Shown here piece by piece: positions 56,109-64,000 of a stretch of 64,000 nt of DNA. The notes beneath the pieces are model-generated. The model was given only the letters and a program-made list of their open reading frames with translations, was not told the origin of the DNA and did no database searches. A program made the translations under genes and the position numbers. The DNA is taken from contig JAGVWK010000001.1 in the NCBI GenBank assembly GCA_018304295.1, positions 11,134 to 75,133 on the forward strand. The letters are read 5' to 3'. How positions within the stretch are numbered: the first letter of the stretch is position 1; each line of letters starts with the position of its first letter. Origin of the DNA: Candidatus Micrarchaeota archaeon. Lineage in GTDB: Archaea > Micrarchaeota > Micrarchaeia > Anstonellales > Anstonellaceae.

Positions 56109-56993
56109 TTAGGGCATGCCCATGAGCTTGTACACGAGCAACCCTGCAATCCCTGCAAGGCAGATGGGAGGAAGCGCTGGGAGAAAAACCCTTCTTTTTG
56201 AAACAAACCAGAGCGTGAGGTAAATCCCGACTGTTGAGCCAAGCGCAATTGCAAGGGAATTTCCTATTCCCCCAAGCTTGTATGCGCTAACCGCAAGCAT
56301 GAGCGGAATTGCAAGGTCGCCGCTGCCCAAATCCATCCTCTCGCCCTCCTTTTGCGCGCGCTGCACGTATTTTTGCTCGCTTTCCTGCTCACGGCGCGCA
56401 GGAAGGGTTTTGGCAGTTACTGAAAAGGAAAGCTGGCGCGTCCCAAGCTCCTTTGCAAGCGTTATCATGTGCCTTGTCTTGAAAACCGCTATGTAATCGT
56501 AAAGGGAAAGCCCAAGGACGCACAGCAGGGTTGGGATGAAGCCAACCGAGAAGCCAAAAAGCGCGCCCACGCCTGCGCTTGAGATTATTGTGCTTGCGTT
56601 TTTTATGCGCGCATAGAGGAACTTTGCGCCTGCAAAAATTGCGGCAAGGATGCCGCTTGCGAGCATTGAGGCGATAAGGTCAAGGCCGAGCACTATTGCA
56701 AATGCGAAAAATACCACTGCTGAGGAGGTTGCGACAACGAAAAACTCAAGGAAGCGAAAAAGCATCATCCCTTTGTAGAAGCGCGTTACAATGAGTATTA
56801 TGGCTGCGCCAAAAATCACGTAAAAGAGGAACACAAGCGAATAAAGCGGGTCGGATGCCTGCGCAGGCGTTACTATGCTAAGCTCGGCAATCTCCGGCAC
56901 CATTTTGGCGTTTTCTATAAGCACAACCCCCACAAAAATTCCGAGCAATTGCGTGAACGCGAAAAATGCGGCTATCCAAAGTATTGTTTTCAT
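56109..56993 (-). CDS. Presenilin / signal-peptide-peptidase family intramembrane aspartyl protease (A22)
   Basis: YDYIAVF (YD), LGSGDLAIP (GxGD) and LPALPPI (PAL) motifs in the correct order across about 9 TM helices. Confidence 0.8.
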   Translation of the reverse strand: MKTILWIAAFFAFTQLLGIFVGVVLIENAKMVPEIAELSIVTPAQASDPLYSLVFLFYVIFGAAIILIVTRFYKGMMLFRFLEFFVVATSSAVVFFAFAIVLGLDLIASMLASGILAAIFAGAKFLYARIKNASTIISSAGVGALFGFSVGFIPTLLCVLGLSLYDYIAVFKTRHMITLAKELGTRQLSFSVTAKTLPARREQESEQKYVQRAQKEGERMDLGSGDLAIPLMLAVSAYKLGGIGNSLAIALGSTVGIYLTLWFVSKRRVFLPALPPICLAGIAGLLVYKLMGMP

Positions 56994-57055
56994 GTTCCCA
57001 CTCCATTGTGCCTTGCCGCGTTGCCCTTTTTCATCCAGGGCGTTTTGTCCAATCG

Positions 57056-57535
57056 CTATTGCTTTTTTGCCGCCGCCTGCTTTTTTTTCAATTCTTTCAA
57101 TGCCTTCTCAAATGCGCTCAAATCGTCAAATTTCAAGTATACGGATGCAAAGCGCAGGTATGCGATGAGGTCGGTTTTCTTGAGCTTTTTCAAAAGTATT
57201 GCGCCTATTTTCCTGCTTGGCACGTCTATTGAGTCAAGCTTGCGCACCTGCGCCTCCACGCTGTCTGCAATGCGCTCTATTGTTTCTGCAGAGACCGGGC
57301 GCTTTTCAAACGCGCGCTCAAGCCCCGCAAGGATTTTGTGCCTGTCAAATTTTTCGCGCCTGCCGTCCTTTTTTATCACGCTCAGGTCCATTGTTTGCGC
57401 TTCCTCGTAAGTTGTAAAGCGCTTTTTGCAGCGGCAGCATTTCCTGCGCCTGCGCACCTGAAAATCGCTGCTTTCGCGCGAATCAAGCACCATTGTGTTC
57501 CAGTAGGAGCAGTAGGGGCATTTCATGTGGTTCAC
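57056..57535 (-). CDS. nrdR: NrdR-family transcriptional repressor (zinc ribbon + ATP-cone)
   Basis: MKCPYCS...VLDSRE...RRRRKCCRCKKRFTTYE zinc ribbon followed by an ATP-cone (KKDGRREKFDRHKI...). Begins 3 nt after the stop of the upstream KaiC-like gene. Confidence 0.85.
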   Translation of the reverse strand: MNHMKCPYCSYWNTMVLDSRESSDFQVRRRRKCCRCKKRFTTYEEAQTMDLSVIKKDGRREKFDRHKILAGLERAFEKRPVSAETIERIADSVEAQVRKLDSIDVPSRKIGAILLKKLKKTDLIAYLRFASVYLKFDDLSAFEKALKELKKKQAAAKKQ

Positions 57536-57538
57536 TTG

Positions 57539-58312
57539 CTATCTGCCTATTATTATCCCTTGGGGGGTAACTTCAAACCCGTGCCAGCCCTTGGATGCGC
57601 TCATCGGGCCGCGCACGCACACGCGGTTTTCCTCAAATTCTATCACCGCATCCATGAGGTGCTCTATCATTGCAACGTCCTTGCGCTCGTGCATGCCCTT
57701 TTCTATCGCATACATTGCGGTTGCGCCCTGATGGCGCGCCTTTCCGGTGATGAACTGCATAAAGGAGAACGCGGTCTGCTCGCCGGCATCCTCCATTATT
57801 GTGGAAATTGAGTGGAACGCAATGCGGTGCATCGGGGAAAAGGACGCAAGTTTTTCCTGCGCGCTTCCAAGCTTGAGTGAGATTGAGGAAAGCGCGGAGG
57901 GCGAGTCGGCATAGTGCATGAATCCCGCATCCTGAAGGTTCGGGTCATACTGCTTGCTGTAGCAGTCAACTATTTCAAGAAGGCCGCTTTGCTCAAAATT
58001 CCCAAGCGCCCAGCCGCTTGTGCCCATCATGCGCTTCCAGTCCTCATACCCGTAATCCGTGAGCACAAACGCGCCCGGCACGTTCATGAGCAGCCCCTCG
58101 TACAAGAATTGCATTAAAAGCGGCTTTTTGCCGCAAAGCGGGTCGCCGTGCACAAGCACGTTGCAACCCTGCGCCAGCCCGCCGCCCAAAATCGCGTCTA
58201 GGGAGCGGATGCCAGTTGGGTAAAGCGCAACGCTGGGAGGCATTTGCTGCCCCGTCATTGGCTGCCCGGTCCGGGGCGGGTTGTTGTACATCTGCGCTTG
58301 GAAAGGTGCCAT
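57539..58312 (-). CDS. KaiC/RecA-superfamily ATPase-like protein with degenerate Walker A and Q/P-rich N-terminus
   Basis: GIRSLDAILGGGLAQGCNVLVHGDPLCGKK is a KaiC-like N-terminal block in which the P-loop Ser/Thr is replaced by Lys. Start trimmed to MAPFQ (58312) because the upstream 153 codons of the ORF-track call look like read-through. Confidence 0.6.
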   Translation of the reverse strand: MAPFQAQMYNNPPRTGQPMTGQQMPPSVALYPTGIRSLDAILGGGLAQGCNVLVHGDPLCGKKPLLMQFLYEGLLMNVPGAFVLTDYGYEDWKRMMGTSGWALGNFEQSGLLEIVDCYSKQYDPNLQDAGFMHYADSPSALSSISLKLGSAQEKLASFSPMHRIAFHSISTIMEDAGEQTAFSFMQFITGKARHQGATAMYAIEKGMHERKDVAMIEHLMDAVIEFEENRVCVRGPMSASKGWHGFEVTPQGIIIGR

Positions 58313-58458
58313 AAAATCACTAAAGCCGCAAGCATGCGGGCAGGGACTGCAAGCATAGCTGCGGGCATAAGCTGCACTAGTGGCTGCATGAATATTGCAT
58401 AAATTGCAGGAATAAACATTCGCCCTATCTTTATAAAGATATAGCGGGATAGCAAAAT

Positions 58459-59171
58459 ATGGCAGAGAAAAAACCGCGGCAGCCTGCGCAGGAACAAGAG
58501 GGACAGATGCAAGAAGGGGATGCGCAGGGGCAGCGGTATTATCCTCAGCAGGCGCAGCAAGAATATGCAAGCGGGCAGCAGGAGTATGCAAGCGGGCAAT
58601 ACGCACAGCAGGCAGAAGCAGTGCAGGCGCAAGCGCAATATGCGCAGCCGGCTGCAAACAAGACCCCTTCCGGGATACACGGGTTTGACGACTTGGTGGA
58701 AGGCGGGTATGAGGTGGCGAGCATAAATCTGGTTGTAGGGCCGACCGGATGCGGCAAAACAACGTTTGCAATGCAGTTCCTTTACAACGGAGTGGTGCAG
58801 TTCAATGAGCCCGCAGTGCTCATTTCTTTTGAAGAGCCAAAAACAAGCATATATGAGCACATGGGAAGGTTCGGGTGGGATTTTGCCGCCCTTGAGCAGC
58901 AGGGGGCTGCACAACCGTGCTCACGGGCATGGCTGAAAAGAACAAGGTGTCGGTTGGCGTGGATTACCTTGCGGACAGCATTGTTGTCATGTACAACCCA
59001 AGGAGGAAAAATGCGCGCTTTAGGGCGCTTGAGGTGCTCAAAATGCGCGGCTGCAACCACTCCCAGAAACTGTGCCCATTTGAGCTTGTTGACAATGAGG
59101 GGATACACGTATATCCGAGCGAAAACGTATTTTACGAGCTAAAAGAAGCAAGGCAGATGCAAACTGAATAA
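58459..59171 (+). pseudogene. KaiC-like ATPase gene disrupted by a frameshift near 58895-58920
   Basis: Frame 1 encodes a Q-rich tail plus GIHGFDDLVEGGYEVASINLVVGPTGCGKTT (canonical Walker A) up to FAALEQQG and then runs into nonsense. Frame 0 (58917-59171) encodes the KaiC C-terminal block ALEVLKMRG...GIHVYP. The combined length is shorter than a full KaiC domain. Confidence 0.5.
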
Positions 59172-59205
59172 GGCGGACGGCAGCAGCAAACGCGCATGCG
59201 CCATT

Positions 59206-59895
59206 TTAAGGGGCACGCGCAGCCTGTTTTGAAACGCTTCTTGCCTCATCCACGCACGCAAGCCAAGAGTCTCCTATTTTTACAAGGTAGTTTCCAAAAG
59301 TTTTTGACAGGTGTATTGTCATTGGGCGGTATTTTCTCCTGCTTTCAACCGCAATGAGCGTCTGGCGCTCCACTTTGAGCATCCCGACGCGCTTTAGGCG
59401 CGGGAGCACGCGGTTGTAAAACGTTGCTTTTGAGATGTTGCATGAGGAAATGAAATCCGCTATCTGCGCGCCCTCCATTTTTGTTTTTTTCACCATTTCG
59501 CGCATGAACGCAACCGCGACTTCGTTGTATTTGCGCTGGTATTTGGAGGGAAAGACAAAATTCATTATTTCCTCCATGCCCCACAGGTTGCGCGTCTGCG
59601 CCCCGTTTTGGTCCTCAAAAGAGCGAAGCGAGGGGGAATCGTGCGCAGGAAGGTAAAGGCATTCGCTTGAGGGGATGCCTCTTGAGGCAATTGATTTTTC
59701 CTCAGTTGCACCTTGCGCGGTTGGGCGCACTGAGACCGCTTGCGCTGTTTTTTCAACGGGGCGCGCTGCAATGCCTTGCGTTTTTTCTGGCTGCGCCGCC
59801 GCTTGCGCCCCTGCCTTTTCCGTTGCGCGCATTGGAGTGGATTGCGCTGCTTTTTCAGCAAGTGGCTTTTGCGCTTTTGCGTCTTCCTCTTCCAT
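59206..59895 (-). CDS. Putative winged-helix transcriptional regulator with Ala/Gln/Lys-rich N-terminal low-complexity region
   Basis: C-terminal IADFISSCNISKATFYNRVLPRLKRVGMLKVER resembles a MarR/TrmB-type wHTH. Confidence 0.4.
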   Translation of the reverse strand: MEEEDAKAQKPLAEKAAQSTPMRATEKAGAQAAAQPEKTQGIAARPVEKTAQAVSVRPTAQGATEEKSIASRGIPSSECLYLPAHDSPSLRSFEDQNGAQTRNLWGMEEIMNFVFPSKYQRKYNEVAVAFMREMVKKTKMEGAQIADFISSCNISKATFYNRVLPRLKRVGMLKVERQTLIAVESRRKYRPMTIHLSKTFGNYLVKIGDSWLACVDEARSVSKQAARAP

Positions 59896-59941
59896 GTGCC
59901 TAATTCAGAGATAATATTAATTTAGGTTTGCGCAATGCAGG

Positions 59942-61531
59942 GTGTTATGCTGTGGTTTTTTATTCTTGAGCGGGGTATTGTTTAGCGTGTTAAAACGAGT
60001 GGATGGCAAAGTGGATGGCGCTAAGGTAAATGGCGGCAGGAGTGCCATTGAGGAGCATGTTTTCAGGTCCATGGGGCCAATGGACGCAAACAGGATGAGG
60101 CTTAACCAAAGCCATGTAGAACTGGACAGCCTTCTTAGGGGAATGGGATTTAACAAAATCAGGGAAAGCACGCTCATTTCGCCGCGGGAAACGCTTTATA
60201 ACAGGGGAATTGGGGAAGACGGGCTGCCGAACGGCAAATCCAATTTTTTTGTTTTTATGAAGCTTGCTGACGATACGCTGCGGGTGATGTTCGCAAACCC
60301 TGACACGTCTCAACAAGCCATAAGCCTTAGCCCAAAGGAGATACACAGGCTGCACCATACTGCCGGATTGTCAAGGTATTGGGCTGCGGATGTTGCAAAA
60401 GACGTTGAAACTACCGCCGCAAAAAAGCCGCCGGCAACTTTTTTCATTGCGCCGCACGGGCATTGGGGAAAAATAAATGGCACGAGCCTGTATGGGGGAA
60501 ACCTTGATGACGGGCTTTCGGACGATAAGACGATAATAAGGCAGATGATGTTTTACAACATGGATTATGACGCAACTGGCCCGCACAATAATTATCCTTT
60601 GCAGCTCTTTGCGCATGTGCGCGAGCTTGAGGCAGGGGTTGGAATAACAAAAATAAATTCCTTTGAGCTTACAATGCCGTATAAGAATGGAAAGCCCAAT
60701 GGGCCGCACCATAACATCTGGCTTGCAAATGACAGGATTGCAAGTGAGTACCACCAAAGGATACTTGCAGAAAGAAACTGGGATTACATAGCGTTTGCGC
60801 CCAGTGCCTCCCGTGAAGAAATGATAAGGATTAATAGCGAGCTTGCATCGCAGAGGCTGCTTGCCGTGGGGATTGCACACCCTTTTGCAACGGTTACGCT
60901 TCCTGCGACTGGCTTGGGAAACAGGGTTGCGACGGGGGATTTTGAGCTTCAGAGAACGCTTGAGTATGTAGGTGAAAATGCCCATGGGATTGCGGCATTC
61001 AGCCCAACAACTTCGGACAGGCGCGTAAAGTTCGTTAATGGCCGGGATGAAAAATATTTCAGGGGCCTTCTGGAAAAATGGGTGATGGGGCGGTTTTTAA
61101 CCCCGAATGCACTGAGCATGGCTTTTTCCCTTGAGATGCGCGAGAGGTTCGGGACTTTCAGGTACGGGGACAATGACACGCACCTTTATAGGCGAATACG
61201 CCATGATTTGCACGTGCACGGGCTTGGGAGGGTAATGACGGTTATGGATTTGAAAGGGACCGCGCATGAGGGGAAAAAACCCTCTGCCGGGGAAGTTGTC
61301 AGCATTATGAGCCTCGGGGGAATTGCGGCTGAAGGGGAAAAAGTTTCCAGGATAGGCGCATTTGTGCCTTATCAGGTTGTTGACGGCAAAGCGGAGCTTT
61401 ACCCTTCAAGGTCCAACGACACATTTATGCAAAAGCTCGGGGAGATGGCAAGGCACGTGGAAGCCTGGAGAAGGCTCGTGCCTGTGCTTGCGCGCGATCT
61501 TGCGGAAAGCGCAAGGGATTTTACAAGGTAA
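59942..61531 (+). CDS. Hypothetical 529-aa protein (no family recognised)
   Basis: Long ORF with typical composition. N-terminal hydrophobic segment. No nucleotide-binding or known catalytic motifs recognised. Confidence 0.5.
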   Translation: MLCCGFLFLSGVLFSVLKRVDGKVDGAKVNGGRSAIEEHVFRSMGPMDANRMRLNQSHVELDSLLRGMGFNKIRESTLISPRETLYNRGIGEDGLPNGKSNFFVFMKLADDTLRVMFANPDTSQQAISLSPKEIHRLHHTAGLSRYWAADVAKDVETTAAKKPPATFFIAPHGHWGKINGTSLYGGNLDDGLSDDKTIIRQMMFYNMDYDATGPHNNYPLQLFAHVRELEAGVGITKINSFELTMPYKNGKPNGPHHNIWLANDRIASEYHQRILAERNWDYIAFAPSASREEMIRINSELASQRLLAVGIAHPFATVTLPATGLGNRVATGDFELQRTLEYVGENAHGIAAFSPTTSDRRVKFVNGRDEKYFRGLLEKWVMGRFLTPNALSMAFSLEMRERFGTFRYGDNDTHLYRRIRHDLHVHGLGRVMTVMDLKGTAHEGKKPSAGEVVSIMSLGGIAAEGEKVSRIGAFVPYQVVDGKAELYPSRSNDTFMQKLGEMARHVEAWRRLVPVLARDLAESARDFTR

Positions 61532-61535
61532 GAAA

Positions 61536-63218
61536 CTACTTGAAAAGCCATGGCAGGAAGTTTGCCGCAAACGCCGCGAGAAGCAGCAGCATTATTGCCT
61601 GCACAGCGTATTTGTTTTTCACTGTTGCAGCCAGCGCCTGATAGCCGTCAAAGAACGGAAGCGGAAGCAGGTTTATTGTTGCAACAACGAAATTGAGCGC
61701 GAATGCAAGCGCAAGGCATGTGTAGATGAACATGAGAAGCGCGTTGTTCGGGTAATATACGAGCCAGCCTGCGCCGGATTTTTGCACTACCGTGTAAAGA
61801 ATGCCTATTTTGCCTGTTTCTGTTGCATTAAGGGAAAATGCGCCCCTGTCGGTGAGCATTGAGAGAGTGCTGTTGGGCTCAAAGGTTATGTTTTCAAATG
61901 AGCCGAGGTATTTTCCGTTGAGCTTCAGCATTCCCTCTTGCGCGTAAAGCGGGGTTGAGCTTGAGGCAAGCGTGCCGTTTATCTCAAGGAGCGCGCTTCC
62001 GCGGGGAAGGCTGCCTGCCTCCACGCGCACCGCGTCCGCGCGAAAATCGTACGTTGCGTGCATGAAAAGTATCAGCATGAGGAAAAGCGCAATGGACGTT
62101 GCAAAGTTTGATGCAGAGCCTGCAACAAGAACCCGGTTTTGCGTGTGCATGTCGGTTTTTTTCAGCTGCTTCTCATCCGGGTCAATGAATGCGCCCATTG
62201 GAAGAAAGCCAAAGAAAACAAGCCCTGCGGAATCCAGCTTTATTTTTCCAACGCGTGCAAGAAGCCCGTGCGAAGCCTCGTGCACTATGAGCATTATTGC
62301 AAGCGCAAAAATCGCCTCAAAGAATGGGAGGTTTATTCCCGGCAGTATGAAAGCGGCACCGGGGGAGGTATTGTCAAGCGGGGCGGAATTGCCCAAAAGC
62401 GCGTTTGCAACCGCCGCAAGCACCACAATAGAATACCCAAGAAGCGAGAGTGCGGTAAGGAGCGCAAAGCCGCCCACAAAAAGGGAGGCAAGCAGCACGA
62501 GGCTGAAGATGGGAACGCCGCTTGCCTCTGCGCGCAGTTTCTGCCCTGTTTGCGCAAAATCAATTGTGTTGAGCGCGGAGGAGAGTATTGGGAAAACGCT
62601 TGGGGCGACCGCTGCCGCAAGGAATATCAGGATGGGAAAGGAGAGGATGAAAAGCGCCAAAAGCCGCCGCGGCTTTCTTGCCTCCTTTGACATCATGAAA
62701 TATGAGAGAAGCCCAAAGCTCACAACTAGCCCTATGTCGGCAAGCCATTTGAGCAGGGTTTGATTTTCGCTTGCAATCCTGTCTATTAGGGAGAGGCCTT
62801 TTTTGCTGCGCAGCATGATAAGCCCCCATCCCCCGTCAAGGGAGTAGGAGCGGCGCACAAATTCTCCACTCGCCGCAAGTATTATGAGAGCCGCAACGAA
62901 TTTCACCACCGGACCCATATCCGCATCAAGCACCTGCAGGAAAAGGAAAAACGATACTATGAGCGCAGCCGAGCACAGGTATTTGCGATAAGGCACAAGC
63001 TGTGCAGGCAGAATCTGCGCGCTCTTTTGCGCGCCTGCGCCACTTTGCTTTTGCGCGCCTGCATGCTTTTGCGCTTCTTTTTGCGTTTGCGCGCCGCCCT
63101 GCGTTTGCACGGTGCTTTGCTTTTGCGTGCCCGCACGCGATGCGTGTGCGCTCTCTTGTTTCTTTTGCATGCCTGTTGCTATTGCGCAAAACAATAAAAG
63201 GATGCTGGGGGCATTCAA
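61536..63218 (-). CDS. Site-2 protease (M50 family zinc metalloprotease) with Q/A/K-rich N-terminal repeat region
   Basis: HEASHG (HExxH) in a TM helix and NLLPLPFFDGYQ (LDG motif). Multi-TM. The N-terminal roughly 100 aa are low-complexity and encoded by tandem TTTTGCGCGCCTGC-like DNA repeats. An alternative start is MGPVV at about 62918. Confidence 0.8.
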   Translation of the reverse strand: MNAPSILLLFCAIATGMQKKQESAHASRAGTQKQSTVQTQGGAQTQKEAQKHAGAQKQSGAGAQKSAQILPAQLVPYRKYLCSAALIVSFFLFLQVLDADMGPVVKFVAALIILAASGEFVRRSYSLDGGWGLIMLRSKKGLSLIDRIASENQTLLKWLADIGLVVSFGLLSYFMMSKEARKPRRLLALFILSFPILIFLAAAVAPSVFPILSSALNTIDFAQTGQKLRAEASGVPIFSLVLLASLFVGGFALLTALSLLGYSIVVLAAVANALLGNSAPLDNTSPGAAFILPGINLPFFEAIFALAIMLIVHEASHGLLARVGKIKLDSAGLVFFGFLPMGAFIDPDEKQLKKTDMHTQNRVLVAGSASNFATSIALFLMLILFMHATYDFRADAVRVEAGSLPRGSALLEINGTLASSSTPLYAQEGMLKLNGKYLGSFENITFEPNSTLSMLTDRGAFSLNATETGKIGILYTVVQKSGAGWLVYYPNNALLMFIYTCLALAFALNFVVATINLLPLPFFDGYQALAATVKNKYAVQAIMLLLLAAFAANFLPWLFK

Positions 63219-63262
63219 AATGCGGCTTTTGGGCGGCTCAAGGCGGCTGGCGGGGTGTTTTT

Positions 63263-63709
63263 ATGGAATGCGAAGTTTGCGGCTTGGAAGAGGGGGAAAT
63301 TGTTGCGCAGATAGAGGGCGCGCGGCTGCATGTGTGCCACAAGTGCGCTGGGCTTGGGAAAGTATTGTACCAGCCGCAGCAGCATTCACAAAGGCAGCAG
63401 GCGCAAAAGCCCCTTGCGCAATACGAGGTTGTGGAGGAATACGACGCGCGCATAAAAAACGCTCTCCGCAACATGGGGCTAAGCGTCGGGGTTCTTGCTG
63501 AGAGGATAAACGAGAAATCCTCATTTTTGGAGCGCGTTGCCGCAGGGCATGCAAAGCCGACTGAACTGCTTGCGCGCAAGCTTGAGAAGGAGCTTGGGAT
63601 AAAGCTGCTTGAGGAGGCAGGTGTGCAGCAGGGAGCGCCAACAACAAGCAAGAGCGCAGGCATAACACTTGGGGACATACTTGAGATAGACAGGAAAAAG
63701 AAAAAGTAA
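63263..63709 (+). CDS. mbf1: Multiprotein bridging factor 1 (archaeal MBF1: zinc ribbon + HTH-XRE)
   Basis: MECEVCGL...VCHKCAGLG zinc ribbon followed by a cro/C1-type HTH ([28 protein letters not shown]). Confidence 0.85.
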   Translation: MECEVCGLEEGEIVAQIEGARLHVCHKCAGLGKVLYQPQQHSQRQQAQKPLAQYEVVEEYDARIKNALRNMGLSVGVLAERINEKSSFLERVAAGHAKPTELLARKLEKELGIKLLEEAGVQQGAPTTSKSAGITLGDILEIDRKKKK

Positions 63710-63744
63710 GGGAAGAAAAAGCAAAGGCAGGGATAGGGGTTTTG

Positions 63745-64000
63745 ATGGGCGTTGATTTGGGGGAGCTTGCGCAAAGGCACACTGTTTCCATAAGCGAATT
63801 AAGCGGGAAAACTTTTGCGGTTGACGCGTACAATACCATCTTCCAGTTCCTTTCCTCAATACGCCAGTCCGATGGCACGCCCCTTATGGATTCGCAAGGC
63901 AAAGTTACCGGGCACCTCTCAGGGCTGTTTTACCGCAATGCGCGGCTTTTGGGAGAGGGGCTAAAGCTCGTATACGTTTTTGACGGAAAGCCAAACATCC
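63745..64000 (+). CDS. fen: Flap endonuclease 1 (FEN-1), N-terminal part, continues beyond window
   Basis: MGVDLGEL...[40 protein letters not shown]...VYVFDGKP matches the FEN-1 N domain. Confidence 0.9.
   Translation, partial: MGVDLGELAQRHTVSISELSGKTFAVDAYNTIFQFLSSIRQSDGTPLMDSQGKVTGHLSGLFYRNARLLGEGLKLVYVFDGKPNI

Noticed and set aside
58313-58771. A 153-codon N-terminal extension on the minus-strand KaiC-like ORF.
   Set aside because: The translation is a Pro/Ala/Leu-rich read-through lacking any fold signature. The homologous region starts at MAPFQ (58312), leaving a normal divergent intergenic region.
1-64000. Integrated mobile element or provirus.
   Set aside because: No integrase, transposase, capsid or terminase-like ORF, tRNA-flanked island or long terminal repeats were seen. 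The only compositional anomalies are the small TA islets.

Overview
The window is a 64 kb archaeal chromosomal segment, probably from a small-genome DPANN-like or euryarchaeal lineage, with about 50-55% GC. This rests on archaeal informational genes: PolD DP1 and DP2, PCNA, Top6A and Top6B, TFB, FEN-1, RpoL, Csl4, aIF1A, aIF2beta, Rio1, L1/L10/L12, S15, S3Ae, NAC and MBF1. About 69 coding regions are supported, tightly packed on both strands, and most are conserved housekeeping genes. Housekeeping content includes Val, Leu and Ser tRNA synthetases, Sua5, Trm5, a TtuA/ThiS-like tRNA-thiolation pair, a Ham1 NTP pyrophosphatase, a geranylgeranyl reductase, an aspartase/fumarase, a malic enzyme and a PSAT-like aminotransferase with a PGDH-like dehydrogenase. 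Accessory content includes three toxin-antitoxin modules (two RelE/ParE-type and one VapBC), one of them inside an AT-rich three-gene islet. There is an NrdR (ATP-cone) gene co-transcribed with a KaiC-like RecA-fold protein whose P-loop is degenerate, divergent from a second KaiC-like gene that is frameshifted. The window also has a divergent pair of large uncharacterised proteins, another 529-aa uncharacterised protein beside a wHTH regulator, and three intramembrane or surface proteases with unusual architectures (a presenilin homolog, a site-2 protease, and a signal peptidase with a long insertion). There is also a secreted transglutaminase-like protein, a GH10-like hydrolase and an orphan Mre11 and UvrB. 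Non-coding signals include an RNase P RNA-like structured region, a repeat- and palindrome-rich spacer splitting top6B from top6A, a perfect 17-bp palindrome upstream of uvrB, and a roughly 400-nt ORF-free hairpin-rich region. No CRISPR array, transposase, integrase or tRNA gene was found. Every functional call is from motif-level reading of the translated ORFs; no database search was run.
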